A stretch of 63,907 nt of DNA, filler included. It is 9 parts of 9 records of this genome, joined end to end, with 100 filler letters (N's around TTAATTAATTAA, not from the genome) between each part and the next. Parts side by side here need not be neighbours in the genome. Positions count along the whole stretch, not along the records: positions 26,233 to 35,700 come from SRR31147125_70233; positions 35,801 to 41,414 come from SRR31147125_70531; positions 41,515 to 47,384 come from SRR31147125_70592; 6 more parts are not named here. The stretch is one strand, 5' to 3'. The translations under genes and the position numbers were made by a program. The notes beneath the pieces are model-generated. The model saw only the letters and a program-made list of their open reading frames with translations, was not told where the DNA came from and searched no databases. Below, piece after piece: positions 31,563-41,740 of the stretch. Within the stretch, counting starts at the first letter, position 1. The number at the start of each line of letters is the position of its first letter.

Positions 31563-32174
31563 TCAACACGCCGCAATATCCAACGGGATAGTCTCCCATC
31601 GGCCGTTTTCATCTTTTTTCGAAAACCGCAGGTACGCCTTCGATCCGACAACGACGATGCTGTCATGGATAATATCCATGGCCTTTTTCCAGTCCTTGTC
31701 CCTGATGTTCAGCTTTCTCAGCCCCAGGACCCTGTCACGGTCGATATGGCCTTTTTTATCCACCTTGAAGGCATCCATCACCAGAACCGTGATCTTGTCA
31801 TCAGCGCCCTTGGACCATCTGCGGATACAATCGTCGATAATCTCCTTGGCCATGGCCAGGCGCTCATCGAACTCGATGAATTTGTTGATCTTCACCTCCA
31901 TGCGCGCGGAGTTGGAAAAATTGGACAATGTCTTGTTACCCTCCTTTGTCCGCTCATCCAAACCATAGTGCTTCTCCAGGTCTCTCAGGTACTTCTCGAC
32001 ATCATCGAGGACTTTCTGGCGAAACGCGGACAGGCGTTTATTTAAATCGAGTACGGCCTTGTTGGTGCGCTCCACCAGCGCATCGCGTTTCTTGTCCACC
32101 GGGCTTACGTATTTCGGCGGCACCGGTTGCCCGGCGGCGTCGATCCATCGTCCGTCCTTATCCTTGATAGCCAT
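31563..32174 (-). CDS. DUF3164-family Mu-like phage protein
   Basis: KEGNKTLSNF, IEFDERL..AK.IID, AFKVDKKG, SKAYLRF and IPLDIA. Confidence 0.85.
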   Translation of the reverse strand: MAIKDKDGRWIDAAGQPVPPKYVSPVDKKRDALVERTNKAVLDLNKRLSAFRQKVLDDVEKYLRDLEKHYGLDERTKEGNKTLSNFSNSARMEVKINKFIEFDERLAMAKEIIDDCIRRWSKGADDKITVLVMDAFKVDKKGHIDRDRVLGLRKLNIRDKDWKKAMDIIHDSIVVVGSKAYLRFSKKDENGRWETIPLDIAAC

Positions 32175-32194
32175 GCATGCCTCACTTTCTCCGC

Positions 32195-32326
32195 TTAATT
32201 CAGTACCCCGTAGGCCTCCACCGCCCACCAGTACCCGAGGCCGGTGCCCAAAACGATCAGACAAATGGCCACAGCAATTTTCCTGAAAATATCAATCATC
32301 ACATCCCGGCCCATTTCGTCCATCAT
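32195..32326 (-). CDS. Small single-TM peptide (43 aa)
   Basis: MMDEMGRDVMIDIFRKIAVAICLIVLGTGLGYWW... with GGAGG RBS and ATGA overlap. Confidence 0.5.
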   Translation of the reverse strand: MMDEMGRDVMIDIFRKIAVAICLIVLGTGLGYWWAVEAYGVLN

Positions 32327-32856
32327 GCTTCCTCCCTAAAAATGATGTTCAGGTCGTATTCCACCACCACTGGATGATCGCTCTCGAAATCCCGGATCGC
32401 AAGGTTATCGACCTCGTATGTTTCATCACCGATGTAAATTACCGTGACAACATGGAAAGACTCGTCATCCAGGCGAATCACTCGGTTCCGGATGTCCGCG
32501 TCGACATACTCTATAAAACAGGAGTCGTTGAGTATCCGCATGACATAGTTTGCCAGGTCCTCGCAGTCGCCGCCGCCGTCCCTGATCGTTTCTGCGGATG
32601 TTTTCCACTTGTCACCGGATAACTCCGGCGAGGGAGCCAGATCATACTGGTCTATGATGGCGCCGATCCGATAGAAAATTCCGGCGTTTGCGGAATTCAT
32701 AAATTTGGGAATGTCCGATTGAACCGCATTAACGGTTGCCTCTCGGGACTGCCATGCGCGGATCTTGCCGGTGAAGGATGGTTTGTCCGTATCGTCGGAT
32801 TGGCATCCGAGGCAGGTAATCAAAATGATGACTATATAAAATGCTGTTTTCCTCAT
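32323..32856 (-). CDS. Transglutaminase-like cysteine protease lipoprotein (BTLCP/LapG-like)
   Basis: Lipobox ITCLG-C. D.W...ET....GDCED.A, HVV and VDN catalytic-triad pattern. Confidence 0.7.
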   Translation of the reverse strand: MRKTAFYIVIILITCLGCQSDDTDKPSFTGKIRAWQSREATVNAVQSDIPKFMNSANAGIFYRIGAIIDQYDLAPSPELSGDKWKTSAETIRDGGGDCEDLANYVMRILNDSCFIEYVDADIRNRVIRLDDESFHVVTVIYIGDETYEVDNLAIRDFESDHPVVVEYDLNIIFREEA

Positions 32857-32857
32857 G

Positions 32858-33163
32858 TTATCTCTCCTTGCACCGTTGGCATTCCAAAAAAAGCTTTGCG
32901 CGCTGCGGGCTGGTAGCTCCAAACGCCTTACTCCGCTCTTCCGCGCAGCGCCTTAAAGGGATCTCCCCCATCACCGGGCAATGCACCGTCCCGTCGCCGT
33001 AAGTCTCGGCCACCCGCTGCAGCATGTTCTCCAGGCTGCCGCCGTAGGTGCCTTTCAGCGCCTGGTTGATGGCCGATGGCGAATAGCACAGCTTCCTGGC
33101 CACGGCAGCCTGACCGTGTTGATCGACCGCCTCGATTAATAATTCCATGCTATTGGTCATCAT
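32858..33163 (-). CDS. HTH regulator with Cys-rich C-terminus, typical of Mu-like phages
   Basis: QAAVARKL.YS.SAINQ.L.G.Y.G, CP..GEI...C and C..C. Confidence 0.75.
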   Translation of the reverse strand: MMTNSMELLIEAVDQHGQAAVARKLCYSPSAINQALKGTYGGSLENMLQRVAETYGDGTVHCPVMGEIPLRRCAEERSKAFGATSPQRAKLFLECQRCKER

Positions 33164-33329
33164 CCCCCCCACATGGTGCGGTAGGAAAATTGCAGAAGTC
33201 CTCGAAATCGTCGAGGATAAACACCGACTCGTTTTCGTCGATGCCATACACATCGCGCAGGACCCGGCCAAAGGCGAGCGTCTGTGCCCGCATGAACGCC
33301 AGGATTATTTTTAAATCATTCGGTTTCAT
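33150..33329 (-). CDS. Small hypothetical phage protein
   Basis: 59-aa ORF overlapping both neighbours. Confidence 0.5.
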   Translation of the reverse strand: MKPNDLKIILAFMRAQTLAFGRVLRDVYGIDENESVFILDDFEDFCNFPTAPCGGDDDQ

Positions 33330-33651
33330 CGTTTTTCTCCTTCTCACACGGCCCGCCGATCACATTCCCGCACCGCTCGCAAGTGGTGGGATAGTCCGGG
33401 CCGATATCCTTGACCAGGCGCCACGCCTGGTAAACTCCAGCCCTGCCGCTCACATAGCCGCCCTGGGCCGCCACATAGCCATGCCTGACCAAGCCACGAA
33501 CGAATTTTCTCACATTACTGACAGTCCCGTCGGACGTCCGGCACAGGTCGGGGATGGTGAAACGCCGCAGGATGCGCATGCTCCGCCATACCTTGCACCG
33601 CACGGTTCCTCGTCTGGGTCTCGCCGTCACCATTCCCTTGATTCCTGCCAT
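33316..33651 (-). CDS. Winged-HTH phage protein
   Basis: VWRSMRILRRFT..DL...L.RHGY...WRLVKDIGP. TGATG coupling to the ATPase. Confidence 0.75.
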   Translation of the reverse strand: MAGIKGMVTARPRRGTVRCKVWRSMRILRRFTIPDLCRTSDGTVSNVRKFVRGLVRHGYVAAQGGYVSGRAGVYQAWRLVKDIGPDYPTTCERCGNVIGGPCEKEKNDETE

Positions 33652-34367
33652 CAACGCCTCCCGAATTTCGGTTGGTCGAAGAAAAACGGGCGGTCGTTCC
33701 ACACCGCCAGCGATACGGAGTCCAGTTTGTTGAACCGTGCCAGTTGCTCAATCCGCGAAAGGCCCGTGGTCATGCGCCCGATGTTGGCCCGGGACGCATC
33801 GTGCAGGCGGCCAAGAAGGTCTTCATCCACTCCGACCTCGCACACCGTGTCGGCCAGGGTGCGGGCGTCCGGCATGGCGATTCCCCGGAACTCCACCCAC
33901 TGGGTGATGCGCCGGGCGAAACGTCCGTTGGTCTGTACCTTCCTGGCCATTTCTTCCATGCCGATCAGCACCACCGGCGACCCGGTGGTATCGTAAATGT
34001 CGCGCATCACGTCCAGCATGTCGGTCTGCCGCAGCATGTAGTCGGCCTCGTCAATGAAAATGGGCCGCGGCTGCTCCATCAGGCAGCGCACCGCAGCGTC
34101 CACCATGGGTGCCCGGTAACGCCCGGCGGGCTGGCCCAGCTCCACCATCAGCGCCCCCAGCATGCTGGTCACCGTCCAGCAGGCATTGGCCCGTAGGAAG
34201 ATCCCATCCAGCGTGTTGGTGGCATAGGCCACCGTGGTGCTTTTGCCCTCGCCGGGCTGGCCCCACAAAAGCCCCATCCCCTCTACGCCAAGGGGACGGT
34301 CGGTCAGTTCGCGAACCGCGGCCAGAAAGCGCCGCACGTTCGTTGTCATTGCCATTTCATGTTTCAT
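33651..34367 (-). CDS. MuB-like AAA ATPase (transposition protein B)
   Basis: Walker A GQPGEGKS, Walker B IFIDEAD, VVLIGM. Confidence 0.9.
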   Translation of the reverse strand: MKHEMAMTTNVRRFLAAVRELTDRPLGVEGMGLLWGQPGEGKSTTVAYATNTLDGIFLRANACWTVTSMLGALMVELGQPAGRYRAPMVDAAVRCLMEQPRPIFIDEADYMLRQTDMLDVMRDIYDTTGSPVVLIGMEEMARKVQTNGRFARRITQWVEFRGIAMPDARTLADTVCEVGVDEDLLGRLHDASRANIGRMTTGLSRIEQLARFNKLDSVSLAVWNDRPFFFDQPKFGRR

Positions 34368-34370
34368 TTG

Positions 34371-34745
34371 CTATCCTCCTTTTGTCGTTTTGTGTTTCAT
34401 TAAAGGCCGGTGTTGCCGCACCGGCCTCCTTTTTCCATCCGAGAAGTATTGCCCCGTCAACCTGTATGCGTCGGCCATCCGGCGCGCTGATTCGAACAAT
34501 AACTTGGCGTTGTAGATCTGGCGCCTGGCGGTGACATTCAGTCCGCGTCGTTTGACGGCCGAACGGGTTTTATCCATCTCGGCGACGGTACTTTCGTACT
34601 GGCCGGCGAACTTACGAGCCTTGGCTATCCTCGATTCGATAATCGCTCCGGCGATGATTCCTTGCGGGATATTGATGCCGGAAGCCTCCAGTGCCGCCAC
34701 CAGCGCATCCTTCGGCATGTCCTTAAACGTCAGTTTTTTGCTCAT
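34371..34745 (-). CDS. Hypothetical protein between the transposase and the ATPase
   Basis: 124-aa co-oriented ORF with RBS. Confidence 0.6.
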   Translation of the reverse strand: MSKKLTFKDMPKDALVAALEASGINIPQGIIAGAIIESRIAKARKFAGQYESTVAEMDKTRSAVKRRGLNVTARRQIYNAKLLFESARRMADAYRLTGQYFSDGKRRPVRQHRPLMKHKTTKGG

Positions 34746-34757
34746 CGTAGTTTCCCC

Positions 34758-35700
34758 CTAAAAACCCAGCGTCTCTTTTTTACCTGTTTCCATATAGATC
34801 TCGTATCGTTTCATCCATGCCAGGTCTTCATCCGGAAAATCATGCCCGGCGGCCATTTCGTTGATCAAATATTCGTATTTCTCGAACGGCATCATGTTAT
34901 CCACCGCCCGCGTTTTCTTCTCCGCCAGGTCGATCACCGCGCTGGCCTGGCGTTCTTCCTCGTCGCTGATTCCGATCGGCATGGGGCCGAGTTCGCGCTG
35001 CCGGACATCCTCGACCGCCCGCGCCGCCTCGTCGAGCATGGGGGTTGTGTACGGATCTGACGATCTTGGCATGTCGACAATGTTGGCGATCTGTGATTCA
35101 CGGTAGCCGAGAATTTCCTCGTTGATGAAGCGCGTCTTTGCCTTGCGGGCCAGTTTTTTCGCTGCTGTGGCGGCCTCTCGGATCACCCGCTTCTGAACAG
35201 CCTTGGCTTTGGCCGCGATCTCGGACCGGTCGTGGCCGGTTCGGTCAGGGTTGATTGCACGACATAGGTAGGCCCCGTCCTGGGTGAACACATGGATGGT
35301 GCCGTAGTCTGATCGGTCCATGAGCACCCGCACGGTCTCGCCCTCGTGGCCTGCCAGTTCAGGGGCGATGAAATAGGCGTTTTCCACTTTGATGCCCTCT
35401 TTCCCGACATCCCGCAGACCGTCTCTATCCGGTGCCGGAGACAACAGGATATCCAGCGCCCGTTCGTCCGATATGCGCCGTACCGGTCCCGTCCATTCGC
35501 GGGCCACCTGAGCCGGCGTCTTCCCTCCCAGGCTGCTGTGCGGGTTATGATGATACATGGCCGTCACCCACCGGTCGCATAGGGTTTGAAGATCATCCGA
35601 CGACATGTTGATCTTGACCGGATCGCCGCCTTGTTTCATCATCCGTTGGGCGAACGTCCGGCGGGCCTCGATGGCCTTGCGGTCGGCCACGCTGTGGCCG
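34758..35700 (-). CDS. MuA-like DDE transposase, C-terminal part (5'-truncated)
   Basis: YHHNPHSSLGGKTP followed by a beta-barrel C-terminal domain. Upstream of the MuB-like gene. Confidence 0.85.
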
Positions 35701-35800
35701 NNNNNNNNNNNNNNNNNNNNNNNNNNNNNNNNNNNNNNNNNNNNTTAATTAATTAANNNNNNNNNNNNNNNNNNNNNNNNNNNNNNNNNNNNNNNNNNNN

Positions 35801-35878
35801 GATATTGTCAATAATATCCTTGTAGTTTTTTGTGATGTCCTTTTGAATGTCGATGACGACCAAGGCTTTGTTTTGCAT
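35801..35878 (-). CDS. Isochorismatase/cysteine hydrolase N-terminus (truncated)
   Basis: MQNKALVVIDIQKD with AAGGA RBS. Confidence 0.7.
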
Positions 35879-35954
35879 ACGTTTTCCTTCCGATCTGGCG
35901 ATTATTTTTTAATATTAGGTGCAAAGAATTTAGGGTTAAAATATTTATTCCTTA

Positions 35955-36665
35955 TCAGCTCATAAACACTTCAAGCTTATGCTTGACTTTTTTCCAGTTG
36001 GGTATATTTTCTTCCAGAAGTTGATAAAACTCCAAGCTGTGATTAGGGTATTTCAAATGACATAATTCATGTGTGATCACATAATCTATACATTCTTTGG
36101 GGGCCATGATCAAATTTAGATTTAGCGTTAGAATTGCATTCGGCGAAAGTGATCCCCAGCGTTTTTTCAATAGTTTAACCTGCAATTTTGGAGGATCGTA
36201 TTCTTGAGAAAAGGTACCGGTCCAGCAGCGTTCAAAACTTTTTTTAAACTGCTTTTTAGCTTTTGAGCGATACCAGGATATCATAAGATCTTTGATGTTT
36301 TGTGGAGCAATATCGGAAGTTTGAATTAAAAAGTATCCATTTTTCAATTTGATATTCTCTTGATCTGTTTTTATCACTTTAAGGCGATACCGTTTTCCGA
36401 AGTAGAGATGGCTTTCTCCGCTGATATATTGCCGGGGAGTTATCCTGGGATTGAACTGTTTGAAGTAATTGACCTGTTTTACAATCCAGCGGGCTTTTCT
36501 TTTTACTTTAGTTTGTACTTTTTCCAAATCTGCATCGTGAGGAGCCGTTACAAGAATGGACATATCCGGATACACCGAAATATCCAGGGTTTTTCTATCC
36601 GAGTATTGAATAGAATAACTCAGTTCTTCTTGTCCGTAGTTAAATCTATGGCTTTGTTCAGACAT
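35955..36665 (-). CDS. YgjP/DUF45 (M48-like) metallopeptidase
   Basis: SGESHLYFG, KRWGS, DYVITHELCH...NHS. Common neighbour of hsdR. Confidence 0.9.
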   Translation of the reverse strand: MSEQSHRFNYGQEELSYSIQYSDRKTLDISVYPDMSILVTAPHDADLEKVQTKVKRKARWIVKQVNYFKQFNPRITPRQYISGESHLYFGKRYRLKVIKTDQENIKLKNGYFLIQTSDIAPQNIKDLMISWYRSKAKKQFKKSFERCWTGTFSQEYDPPKLQVKLLKKRWGSLSPNAILTLNLNLIMAPKECIDYVITHELCHLKYPNHSLEFYQLLEENIPNWKKVKHKLEVFMS

Positions 36666-39600
36666 TATTTACTGCGACTCCTGGCAATATTAAAAACTTT
36701 CTTGATCATTTCATCGATATCATCAAACTCCAGTTTAATGCCTTTATCTTTTTTCAACTCATCCAAACAATAATCCTCGACATCATTGATTACCTTGTTT
36801 TGAGCATTGACGTCTTCCCAAAATTTCACTTTATTATGCTTGACCAGAAGTTCATCAAATTTCAGGGCAATCAAGGATGAGAGCATATCCAGAGCTTCAT
36901 CTGTAAATTCATTATCCTTCAATACGTCTTTTATGCTGCCGAAATATGCCGTTGCATTGGCGTTTTCTTTCAATGTATCCGGCACGTCATCATGGACGTT
37001 GCCCTTCATTTGTTCGCGGGCATCACAAACCGTATTCAAGTAATCAATATCTGAAATGCGCTGGGCTTTAAAATCGTCAATAGCTTGTTGAATCAGAACG
37101 GAAAACTTCTTGTAAAAAGCAGGGTCATCATCCATGTTTTCTGTGATATGCCGTTTCATTTCATGTGCAATAATATCTGCTCTGGCTGCCGTGCTTCGCT
37201 CACTGCCAAAAACCATTCGGTCTTCTTTTACCTGTTGAAAAGTCATATCGTCAAAAATATTGACCGCTTTGTTCAGTTGGATAACCTCATCTGCCATGAT
37301 CTGGGTATCCAGCAGTTTTTTGATCTTTGGCTCATAATCCGCATAATTGATGCGTTCGGCATAACGCAATCTGACTGAAGTTCTTAAAGCCTCAAATTTT
37401 CTAAGCTCGTTCCGGTATAATTTTATCTTTTCAACCGGTGTGTCTACATAAAACATATCTGAAGACAATGCGATGGCAAGTGTCTTGGAATAATCTTTTA
37501 GTCGCAGATAAAAATCATCACGTTTGGCCTGATCGGCAAGATATTGCTCATATTCTTCAACATCGCTTTTATTCTTGATCGATTTAAACAGGTCACATAG
37601 GAGGGAATAACTTTGAGGTAATTTATCAATCTCATTTCTAATGGATGCTAAAGTACCTTCAATGTCATTTTCATCATAGCCTTCAAATTCGCCATATAAA
37701 TTTAATGCCTGATCAAGCTCTCCCAGGATATTGGCGTAATCCACGATATATCCGAAATCTTTGCCGTCATGCAAACGGTTTACCCGGGCAATGGCTTGCA
37801 ATAAGGAGTGTTCTCTAAGCTTTTTGCATAAATACAGGACCGTGTTTCTTGGCGCATCAAATCCTGTGAGCAATTTATCAACAACAATGATAACTTCAGG
37901 CTCATCGCTATTCTTAAAGCGATTGATCAATTGCTTATTGTATTCCACTTCGCTACCAAAACGGTTCATCATTTCTTTCCAAAAACCAACAACCTTGTTT
38001 TTGGATTCTTTATTGATCTCTTCATATCCTTCGCGCATATCCGGACCGGAGATCAGAACCTCGCAGGAGACCATGCCGATATCATGGAGATATTCACGAT
38101 ATTTCAGAGCCGATGGTTTGCCTGGCGCCACCAGTTGCGCTTTAAAGCCCGAATGCTTCCAATGCGCCCGAAAATGTTCCGATATGTCAAAGGCATTCAT
38201 ATAAATGACTTGATCGGATTTATTCAGCATTTCGGCACGAGCATATTTGCGTTTTAGGTCGGCTTTTTGATCTTCACTCAAATCATAAGTATGCCGCTCG
38301 AACCAAAGGTCAATAGCAGCCTTGTTCTGTTTAAGATCTACCATGCGTCCTTCGTAAAGCAAGGGAACAACGGCCTTATCTTTTACGGCTTGCTTAATGG
38401 AATAATGCGGATCGATCAACCCGCCGAAACGATCGAAAGAACTCTTTTCTTTCTTTAACAAGGGAGTTCCGGTAAAGCCGATATAACATGCATTGGGAAA
38501 CATCTGTCTCATGCGGGCGGAAAGCGAGCCGTACTGAGTTCTGTGGCTTTCATCCACCAAAACAAAGATGTCCGCCGACTCATCAGCCTTTCGACTTCGC
38601 TTAACGGCATTGTCAAACTTATGTACCAGTGTGGTAATAATGCTTTTCTTTTCATACCGGATCAATTTGTAAAGATTCTGTCCCGAGCTCGCCCTGAAAG
38701 GCTGCAATCCACAGGCAGTAAAGGTATTTGCCAATTGCCTGTCCAGATCATCACGGTCCGTAACAAGTACAATGCGCGGATCGATAATACCATTGCCCAT
38801 GGCAAGATTGCGGGTCAGCATGACCATGGTCAGGGATTTTCCCGAACCCTGGGTATGCCAGATAATACCACCCCGGCGCTGGCCTGTTTCATTTTTCTGC
38901 TTAATGCGTTGCAAGGTGGATTTGATCACAAAATACTGCTGATAGCGTGCGATCTTTTTTACGCCATTGTCAAAAACCATATAGCGCCAGGTCAACTCCA
39001 GCAAGCGTTCGGGCAAACACAGCGAATAAAGCGCTTTATCCTGTTCGCTTACAAGACGGTCATTCATCTTGTGATTTGAGGACATTTCCAAGGCAGTCAA
39101 TAACTCTGAATATGTTTCCCCGGGAAGTTTCTTATTTATCAGTTGTTGAAGTTTATCGTATTTACGTTTTCCTTCTTCAAGATCCGTTTCACGCCATGCC
39201 GACCAGAATTTTTCTTTTGATCCCACTGTAGCGTAAAGGTGATCATTCTTGTTAACTCCCAACAAGATCTGAGCATAAGTAAACAAATAAGGGATATAAT
39301 CCTCGCCTTGATTCCGGATATGTTGCGATACCGCTTCAGCAAGCTCCGTTTTTGGGGATTTACATTCGATCACGACCAAAGGGATACCGTTGACAAAGAG
39401 AATGATATCCGGACGGGCCTTGCCAAGATTGCGGTTTCGCTCAACGGAGTATTCCACCGCTACATGAAAAATATTGGACTTCGGATGCTCCCAGTCGATA
39501 TATCTTAAAGTAAAACTTTTATTATCTCCCTCAAAACTCTGGTCCATGGCTGTTCCCAGGGTAATAAGGTCATAGACCTTTTCATTGGTCTTTAAAAGAC

Positions 39601-39862
39601 CGTCGTACTTCATGCTTTTCAGCTTATCGATAGCGGAAACGATATTGGCCTCGGAAAAAGGATAATCCTTATTCTTATAGCGAATGCGATTGATCTTTTT
39701 TAGCTGTTCGTAGAGAACGCCTTCGAGCAAGACATTGGACTCCTTATTCTGTCGCTGCCTTAGGGCTTCTTCGGGTGAGATAAAGGTAAATCCCATATTA
39801 ACCAGCAATTCAACTGCCGGCAATTGGGAGAGGTGTTTTTCGTTGATGATGAAGTTGTTCAT
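36665..39862 (-). CDS. hsdR: Type I restriction endonuclease subunit R
   Basis: PD...VNGIPLVVIECK nuclease, WHTQGSGKS, DESHR, FTGTP, LLTGFDAP and QAIARVNR. Confidence 0.95.
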   Translation of the reverse strand: MNNFIINEKHLSQLPAVELLVNMGFTFISPEEALRQRQNKESNVLLEGVLYEQLKKINRIRYKNKDYPFSEANIVSAIDKLKSMKYDGLLKTNEKVYDLITLGTAMDQSFEGDNKSFTLRYIDWEHPKSNIFHVAVEYSVERNRNLGKARPDIILFVNGIPLVVIECKSPKTELAEAVSQHIRNQGEDYIPYLFTYAQILLGVNKNDHLYATVGSKEKFWSAWRETDLEEGKRKYDKLQQLINKKLPGETYSELLTALEMSSNHKMNDRLVSEQDKALYSLCLPERLLELTWRYMVFDNGVKKIARYQQYFVIKSTLQRIKQKNETGQRRGGIIWHTQGSGKSLTMVMLTRNLAMGNGIIDPRIVLVTDRDDLDRQLANTFTACGLQPFRASSGQNLYKLIRYEKKSIITTLVHKFDNAVKRSRKADESADIFVLVDESHRTQYGSLSARMRQMFPNACYIGFTGTPLLKKEKSSFDRFGGLIDPHYSIKQAVKDKAVVPLLYEGRMVDLKQNKAAIDLWFERHTYDLSEDQKADLKRKYARAEMLNKSDQVIYMNAFDISEHFRAHWKHSGFKAQLVAPGKPSALKYREYLHDIGMVSCEVLISGPDMREGYEEINKESKNKVVGFWKEMMNRFGSEVEYNKQLINRFKNSDEPEVIIVVDKLLTGFDAPRNTVLYLCKKLREHSLLQAIARVNRLHDGKDFGYIVDYANILGELDQALNLYGEFEGYDENDIEGTLASIRNEIDKLPQSYSLLCDLFKSIKNKSDVEEYEQYLADQAKRDDFYLRLKDYSKTLAIALSSDMFYVDTPVEKIKLYRNELRKFEALRTSVRLRYAERINYADYEPKIKKLLDTQIMADEVIQLNKAVNIFDDMTFQQVKEDRMVFGSERSTAARADIIAHEMKRHITENMDDDPAFYKKFSVLIQQAIDDFKAQRISDIDYLNTVCDAREQMKGNVHDDVPDTLKENANATAYFGSIKDVLKDNEFTDEALDMLSSLIALKFDELLVKHNKVKFWEDVNAQNKVINDVEDYCLDELKKDKGIKLEFDDIDEMIKKVFNIARSRSK

Positions 39863-41414
39863 TTAATGCTTTCTGTTACTTATGTCATTAAAAATGTCAC
39901 ATAGATCTTTTGGTAGATAATTAATTCCATCTTGATCATTGATTTTGCCAATAATGTTGATCATTATTTGTTCATCATTACCATATTTTTTAAAAAAGGG
40001 TATTTTTGTTTTAATAATCTTTAATAGATCATGCCCTTTCATTTTTATAAAAACCGAAGGAAGCATCATGCTCTTGCCGGGATATTTTACTTCAATTTTT
40101 TCAGTATTATCTAAGCCTAAATAATCCGCTAAATGGTCGGCAAATTTTTGCAAATCTGCCTTTGAAAGTCGATCAACATCTCCAGGGGCAGTGATTTTTT
40201 CAAAGGGAATAATTCTAGCCGAATTTTTGCGATTTTCGGATAATGAAAAAACAGATTTCAACAGGATCAATGGATCGAGAATATAATTTTCAATACTATA
40301 GCGTTTTAGTGTAAAAATCCCATCTTCTCCGCTTTCGGATTTATTGTCCCGATCAATAAGTCCGTAAATCCTTGTATTCCCGTTTTTACGCAATGCTTTT
40401 ACGGTTTTTTTAACAAGCGTACAAGAGCCGGAATTACTACTACCTCGGACACCCGAAGAAACAAAAGCAAGATCACACTCACCAGTGACCAAGGCGTTTT
40501 TTCTGTACATCCGATATAGTTCAGAATAGATTCTGGCATCCACATCACTCTCAACGAAGACCTGTTTTGTATTTAAAGGATCTATAGAAATGGTATTGAC
40601 ACCCTCTAAAAGTAGATCAATTGCTCTTCTTTGAGTGCTTCGAACAAGTTTGTGTTTACCTTTTGATCTTTCAAGGACAAAAATGGATTCTTTGGGAGCC
40701 AAAGCCACGGTTGTTGGCGAATGCGTCACCATGATCACCTTAAGACCATATTTCTTTACAAATACTTCTTGAATGGCATTTAATAAAGATTTGATCACCG
40801 AGGGGTGAAGCGTGGAATCGATCTCATCGAGAAGCAGAAGTTCGGGAAGTTTTGTTTTAGTTTGTTGAATATAAATCAAATAACACAAACCCATAAGAGC
40901 TTTTTCACCTGTGGACAGATGTTGCGCCTCAAGTTCCGTACCATCATCACTGATTAAAAATTTCCTGTGACCGGCGCCATGATTATCAGGGTGATCCAAG
41001 GGTAAAGGTGTATAAACAGATTCATTGACAAGATTATTATTGTTAAACTCCTTTAACAACTCGGCAAACATCTTCCATGGTTGAGTGTGTTTTTTTCTGA
41101 AAGCATTTACATCAACTTGAAAGTCTTTTTCCTTATCTGAAAAGTAAATATTATTAAAATATTCACGATAATATTTTAACTCATTTAATAAATAATCACT
41201 GCACATGGAATCATAACGATCACCAAGGGAACTGTCTGAAAACCGTGCATATCCCTTAAAATTTTTATTGAAAAAGGATTCTCCTCTTTCATCATTTTTT
41301 AAACATCGAGAATCATTGCTCCACCTATCGTATGAAAAACTATTATAATCAAAATAAACAGTACTGATGATTCTGTTCTTTTCTTTACCATATTGAACAC
41401 TAATCTCTCTCTTT
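39863..41414 (-). CDS. ABC-type ATPase fused to TOPRIM (OLD/DUF4435-like) nuclease domain (5'-truncated)
   Basis: Frame open to the contig edge. LSTGEK signature, LLLDEID Walker B, VTHSP H-loop. TOPRIM motifs VFVES..D, G.C, IDRD and YSIENY. Confidence 0.8.
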
Positions 41415-41514
41415 NNNNNNNNNNNNNNNNNNNNNNNNNNNNNNNNNNNNNNNNNNNNTTAATTAATTAANNNNNNNNNNNNNNNNNNNNNNNNNNNNNN
41501 NNNNNNNNNNNNNN

Positions 41515-41655
41515 TAAGGAAACGAGGGAAGGTTTTATCATTGCTCTGTCATGAATTGATTCCGGTTGAGTAGCTAAATTAGCGTTTGTAAAAGAGAAAG
41601 TTATAACAATTAAGAGAAAGAATACAATACATCTCGTTGCAGTAAAAGTTTTCAT
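41515..41655 (-). CDS. Secreted protein N-terminus (truncated)
   Basis: Signal peptide MKTFTATRCIVFFLL... with GGAGG RBS. Confidence 0.55.
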
Positions 41656-41740
41656 TTCAACATCCTCCCTATATAAACGTTGTGAACTGAAGAAATATGC
41701 TCAAAAACCAGGGCTTTTGATAAATTATGACTGATTTTTT

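Larger units (their letters stand above)
26233..35700 (-). mobile_element. Mu-like transposable (pro)phage segment: early, middle and start of lysis region
   Basis: Co-oriented, translationally coupled transposase, AAA ATPase, DUF3164, GemA, Mor and lysis-type genes in Mu-like order. Confidence 0.9.

Noticed and set aside
30820-31599. Apparent GemA-wHTH fusion protein (259 aa)
   Set aside because: One missing G near 31088 explains the read-through, and the downstream part has its own GGAGG RBS and ATG at 31053.
34758-41414. R-M defence island carried by the Mu-like phage
   Set aside because: A spacer at 35701-35800 separates them, so there is no physical linkage.
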